In this document: piece by piece, positions 26,080 to 29,006 of the stretch
How the letters are laid out: each line of letters starts with the position of its first letter
Position numbering within the stretch: position 1 is the stretch's first letter
From: a virus
Taxonomy: Duplodnaviria; Caudoviricetes
Direction: 5' to 3' (one strand)
Virus record (IMG/VR): IMGVR_UViG_3300042484_002248
Coordinates: 1 to 29,006 of that record
Length of the DNA stretch: 29,006 nt
The notes under the pieces: generated by a model
What the model was told of the DNA's origin: nothing
The model's input: only the letters and a program-made list of their open reading frames with translations
The model's database searches: none
Translations under genes and position numbers: made by a program

Positions 26080-26921
26080 TATTTGGCTTTAGCAGATGTG
26101 GGTTTTTTCTTGCCGCCCTTCTCGTCTTTGCCCAAACGCCCAGCAATGACGTCACCACGTGTTACTTTATAGTATGGTTTAGCATTGTTGGCTAAATTGC
26201 CATCGCCTTTCTTTTTAGATGCTTCACCAATTTCACGGCGCTCACGACCTAATTCATCGTCACCACCAGCGGCGGCATCAACAGCACCAAAGGCGTCACC
26301 ACCACCGTTGCCTAGTTCATCAGTGGCAGCTGGCATAGCGCCGCCCATGCCAGCATCAGCACCCATACCACCCATGTCCATGGGTTGATCTTGTTGCTCG
26401 CCAGCCAGGCTACGTGCTGCGCTGTCTGCACTTTCACGACCCTGTTGTAGAGTCTGTGCTAGATTTTGCAACAATGGACTAACTGTGCCTTTAAAGCCTT
26501 CAGCTTGCTCTGCACCAATCTGGTCACGTATTGTGTCCAACAAGGCAGGTAACTGTTCGTTCTGCATCTTGCTGATTTTTTCCAGCATGTCCTGGATACT
26601 GTCCACCATGTCTTTGGCAGCTAAAATAGCTTCCGACTTGGCCATTTCGCTTTCGGTAATGAAGCGACTTTCGTTCTCTACTAGCCAACGATGTAGGCTT
26701 TCACGAACCATGAACATTTCCATGTACTTGGGATTCTGTTCAGCTGTGTGTGCGCCGTGTGAGCGTTTTAGGCCGTTGAGTCCCTCTGTAATGCCCTGTG
26801 CCAATGTCACTGCCTTGGTCAGTGTCATGTGGTCATAGTCAATCTTAAAGCCGAAACGGCTTTCCATGACCTTGTTAATTTTTCTAACGTTGGTCTTATT
26901 ACTCATTTCTGTTAATCGCAT
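26079..26921 (-). CDS. Helical acidic protein, possible prohead core/scaffold component
   Basis: Late box at 26955-26960, AGGA SD, several (I/L)xE sites, low-complexity acidic/Gly region and basic tail. Confidence 0.55.
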   Translation of the reverse strand: MRLTEMSNKTNVRKINKVMESRFGFKIDYDHMTLTKAVTLAQGITEGLNGLKRSHGAHTAEQNPKYMEMFMVRESLHRWLVENESRFITESEMAKSEAILAAKDMVDSIQDMLEKISKMQNEQLPALLDTIRDQIGAEQAEGFKGTVSPLLQNLAQTLQQGRESADSAARSLAGEQQDQPMDMGGMGADAGMGGAMPAATDELGNGGGDAFGAVDAAAGGDDELGRERREIGEASKKKGDGNLANNAKPYYKVTRGDVIAGRLGKDEKGGKKKPTSAKAK

Positions 26922-26923
26922 GG

Positions 26924-27496
26924 TTATTTTCCTGTACCGTCAAATGCTTTCGAGTATTTAGCATTGGCAACGGATTTTTTTAAAAGTCTTTCAGCTTCAG
27001 CTAGATGTATTTTGGCATCGTCATAACGAGCTGACCATACATTTATCTTAAAGCAATCTTTTTGCCTAATACTACGCTCTAAACTACTGTGGTAATGCGC
27101 CAAATCGTTGCGTAGAACACGTACTTGGTAGTCATATTTAACAATTTCCTCAGCAATACTGTTCTCGCCCAGGTGCCGACATAGGCTATAAAATATAGCA
27201 CTCTGGCGTTCTTCAAACAATTGTTTGTGACTTAACCCCGAGTCCAGTCTGCGCCAGTAACCGTTTTCTGGCACGATTCTGTCTCTGCCAATCATGTACC
27301 CACCACCCGGCAATGGCCAGCATATGGGCAGACGACTGTTATTGGTTATGTGTCGGAGTTCTCGTTGGGTCCAACGAGCTATGTATGTGGCTGTAACATC
27401 AACAAATGCTGCTAGTTGCTCAGCCGTCAGATCCTGATCCAGGTCCTGGTGGGGCACTGATTTGATTGGCTTTTTTTCGGTATGTGATACGCCCAT
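26924..27496 (-). CDS. Hypothetical protein (start uncertain)
   Basis: Fills the gap; overlaps the upstream ORF by 77 nt as called. Confidence 0.65.
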   Translation of the reverse strand: MGVSHTEKKPIKSVPHQDLDQDLTAEQLAAFVDVTATYIARWTQRELRHITNNSRLPICWPLPGGGYMIGRDRIVPENGYWRRLDSGLSHKQLFEERQSAIFYSLCRHLGENSIAEEIVKYDYQVRVLRNDLAHYHSSLERSIRQKDCFKINVWSARYDDAKIHLAEAERLLKKSVANAKYSKAFDGTGK

Positions 27497-27671
27497 TTTC
27501 TCGAATTCTACGTAATACGTCTTTATTGACTAATTGATTGGCGATGTGCTGCTGGCGTATGTCCAGGTCAGCTTTGTGTACTTCAGACTGGTCGTCAAAT
27601 TCACGCAACAAATCTGCCTCTTCATTATTGATGGGCAGGTTAATCTTATTTAAGAGTTCGACGATCCGCAC
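27420..27671 (-). CDS. Small hypothetical protein, possibly winged-helix-like
   Basis: GTG start behind a TAAATA box; LDIRQQHIANQLVNKDVLRR. Confidence 0.65.
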   Translation of the reverse strand: MRIVELLNKINLPINNEEADLLREFDDQSEVHKADLDIRQQHIANQLVNKDVLRRIRENGRITYRKKANQISAPPGPGSGSDG

Positions 27672-27677
27672 GATTAT

Positions 27678-27935
27678 TTACTTTAAATGCACTATCAGTG
27701 TGATAGCACCTGCTACCAGGGCACCCATTAATGTGGTTCCCACAGCAATGATGGTCTTGAATTGGTTATTTTCAGAACCCGACAAGCTATTGCGAATTTC
27801 CAGTATGTATTTTTCCATCTTGTCCATACGAGTCTCTAGACTATCTAGTTTGTTTTCCAAATTAGCATACCTTTCAGCACATAGTTCTACGTGTGCCTCA
27901 AGACTCTTTTTTTCTATTTCAGTGGATGATGCCAT
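27678..27935 (-). CDS. Short coiled-coil protein with C-terminal TM helix
   Basis: LEAHVELCAERY..LENKLDSLETRMDKME then IIAVGTTLMGALVAGAITLIV; AAGGA upstream. Confidence 0.75.
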   Translation of the reverse strand: MASSTEIEKKSLEAHVELCAERYANLENKLDSLETRMDKMEKYILEIRNSLSGSENNQFKTIIAVGTTLMGALVAGAITLIVHLK

Positions 27936-27970
27936 TATTTCTCGTTCCTTGGTGAACGATGCTGTTAAAT

Positions 27971-28008
27971 TTGCCTGAGTGTGCCTGAAGTGAGCCTATG
28001 ATTGCCTA
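27971..28008 (-). repeat. Four AGGC motifs at 10-11-nt periodicity in a late 5' leader
   Basis: GCCT on the + strand at 27973, 27983, 27994 and 28004. Confidence 0.7.
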
Positions 28009-28013
28009 CGCAT

Positions 28014-28448
28014 CTAAATGTTATTTATGTCTTTTCTGCCAGTTTTAAAGTATATGTTGCGAATACTGCCGTAGGGATGAAAGATGGGCAACATGAATCT
28101 GGCCGATTCGTCTAATCCTGATATAACAGGCACCTGCTCAAAGTATTGATTTAGTCTACCCAGTTGATCGTTATTTTCAGCAAATACATTGGCATGTTCC
28201 ACACCAAATGTCCAGACCCAGACGCGATGCGACCCTTCATAAAATTCACCAAACTCCAGATAGTCAGTGTTGATGTCTTCCAGTATTACTGGCTCTGTGA
28301 CATCCATGGGTTGTGCGCCCAATCCAATGGCCTGTAATACTGTTTCCCAATTACTGTGTTGACTACGGCGATGGTCATCTATACCACGAGTCACACCAGT
28401 GGCAGTGATGTCCACCAATGTAAATCCAGTGAAGTATTGTAATCCCAT
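28014..28448 (-). CDS. Hypothetical late protein
   Basis: TLVDITATG...Q..NWET..Q.IGL..QP pattern; TAAGTA box 5 nt before the ATG. Confidence 0.7.
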   Translation of the reverse strand: MGLQYFTGFTLVDITATGVTRGIDDHRRSQHSNWETVLQAIGLGAQPMDVTEPVILEDINTDYLEFGEFYEGSHRVWVWTFGVEHANVFAENNDQLGRLNQYFEQVPVISGLDESARFMLPIFHPYGSIRNIYFKTGRKDINNI

Positions 28449-28465
28449 GCTATTACTTATGTCGT

Positions 28466-28495
28466 AAAAAAGCCCACCTAAAAAGATGGGCTTTT
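28466..28495 (-). terminator. Rho-independent terminator
   Basis: AAAAGCCCATC-TTTTTA-GGTGGGCTTTTTT. Confidence 0.88.
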
Positions 28496-28511
28496 AATTA
28501 GTGTAATTAAA

Positions 28512-28949
28512 TTACGCTAATTTAATACCGCCAGTTGAGCTAACTGTAGCAGCTAGAACAACAACGTTAGAAACAGCACCGATGTTGCCGCCCTGGAAAC
28601 CAGTTGCTGCATCTGGTAGAGCACGGATAACGTCACGTAATGCTGTGTCGCTTGTCCAACCTGAACGCTCTACTAGTACACTGATCTGGCCTGTTGAATC
28701 AACTTGGTAAGCCAAGATTGAAGCATTGGCTGCAACAACACGTAGAATTGTTTCTACAGCGCCGCCTACTGTCAATTCAGCTGCTAGGTTTGCGCCGCCG
28801 GCGCCAGTACCTGTGATGGCAGCAATTTTAAATGCTGTCAGAGGTGCTGCAATACCTGTATTGATGATTGTGGCATTAGCAAAGCTACGGCCTCCATCAA
28901 CGTTTGTTACACCGGCTGCGTCGCCGTTTGTGCGTGTGAAAACTGCCAT
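28512..28949 (-). CDS. Probable abundant virion structural protein
   Basis: A/G/T/V-rich; has its own late box (28993-28998), AGGAG SD and terminator. Confidence 0.65.
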   Translation of the reverse strand: MAVFTRTNGDAAGVTNVDGGRSFANATIINTGIAAPLTAFKIAAITGTGAGGANLAAELTVGGAVETILRVVAANASILAYQVDSTGQISVLVERSGWTSDTALRDVIRALPDAATGFQGGNIGAVSNVVVLAATVSSTGGIKLA

Positions 28950-29006
28950 TTTAAATCTCCTGATTAATATGAGCCTTTAGGCTACATGTAGATATTTATG
29001 CCAACT

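Noticed and set aside
27971-28008. Mini CRISPR array
   Set aside because: The repeat core is only 4-6 nt with ~6-nt spacers
1-29006. Stop-codon reassignment, as in some large phages
   Set aside because: Conserved genes are intact in the standard code, and TAA, TAG and TGA all end genes at sensible positions

Overview
This window is a fragment of a large T4-like (myovirus-type) dsDNA phage genome. All ~40 credible genes are on the minus strand and use the standard code; the plus-strand ORFs are antisense shadows. It carries class Ia ribonucleotide reductase (nrdAB) plus glutaredoxin, several virion-type genes (PAAR-like spike, Mtd-N-like fibre, repeat-rich fibre, SleB-like hydrolase, head/core-like proteins) and many host-type auxiliary genes: ribosomal protein bS21, small HSP, ClpS, peptide deformylase, IscU, IscA, an APS-kinase/HxGH nucleotidyltransferase fusion, three radical SAM enzymes with auxiliary Cys clusters, a Nudix hydrolase and an alpha/beta hydrolase. 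The bS21 C-terminus suggests a betaproteobacterial host (inference). The most notable signals read from the DNA are: (1) a ROSE-type RNA thermometer in front of the sHSP gene, behind a perfect T4 late promoter; (2) repeated TAAATA boxes 3-7 nt before SD-less start codons, implying leaderless late mRNAs, including for bS21; (3) a shared 16-aa N-terminal 'DLITEA' leader on two unrelated adjacent proteins, resembling a capsid-targeting/protease-cleavage tag; (4) a coupled Fe-S assembly / sulfur activation / radical SAM gene run; and (5) an early-promoter family (TCGACC-17-TATA(A/C)T) with a phased TGTTG-N8-CAACA palindrome. No database searches were run, so all family calls come from motif recognition.
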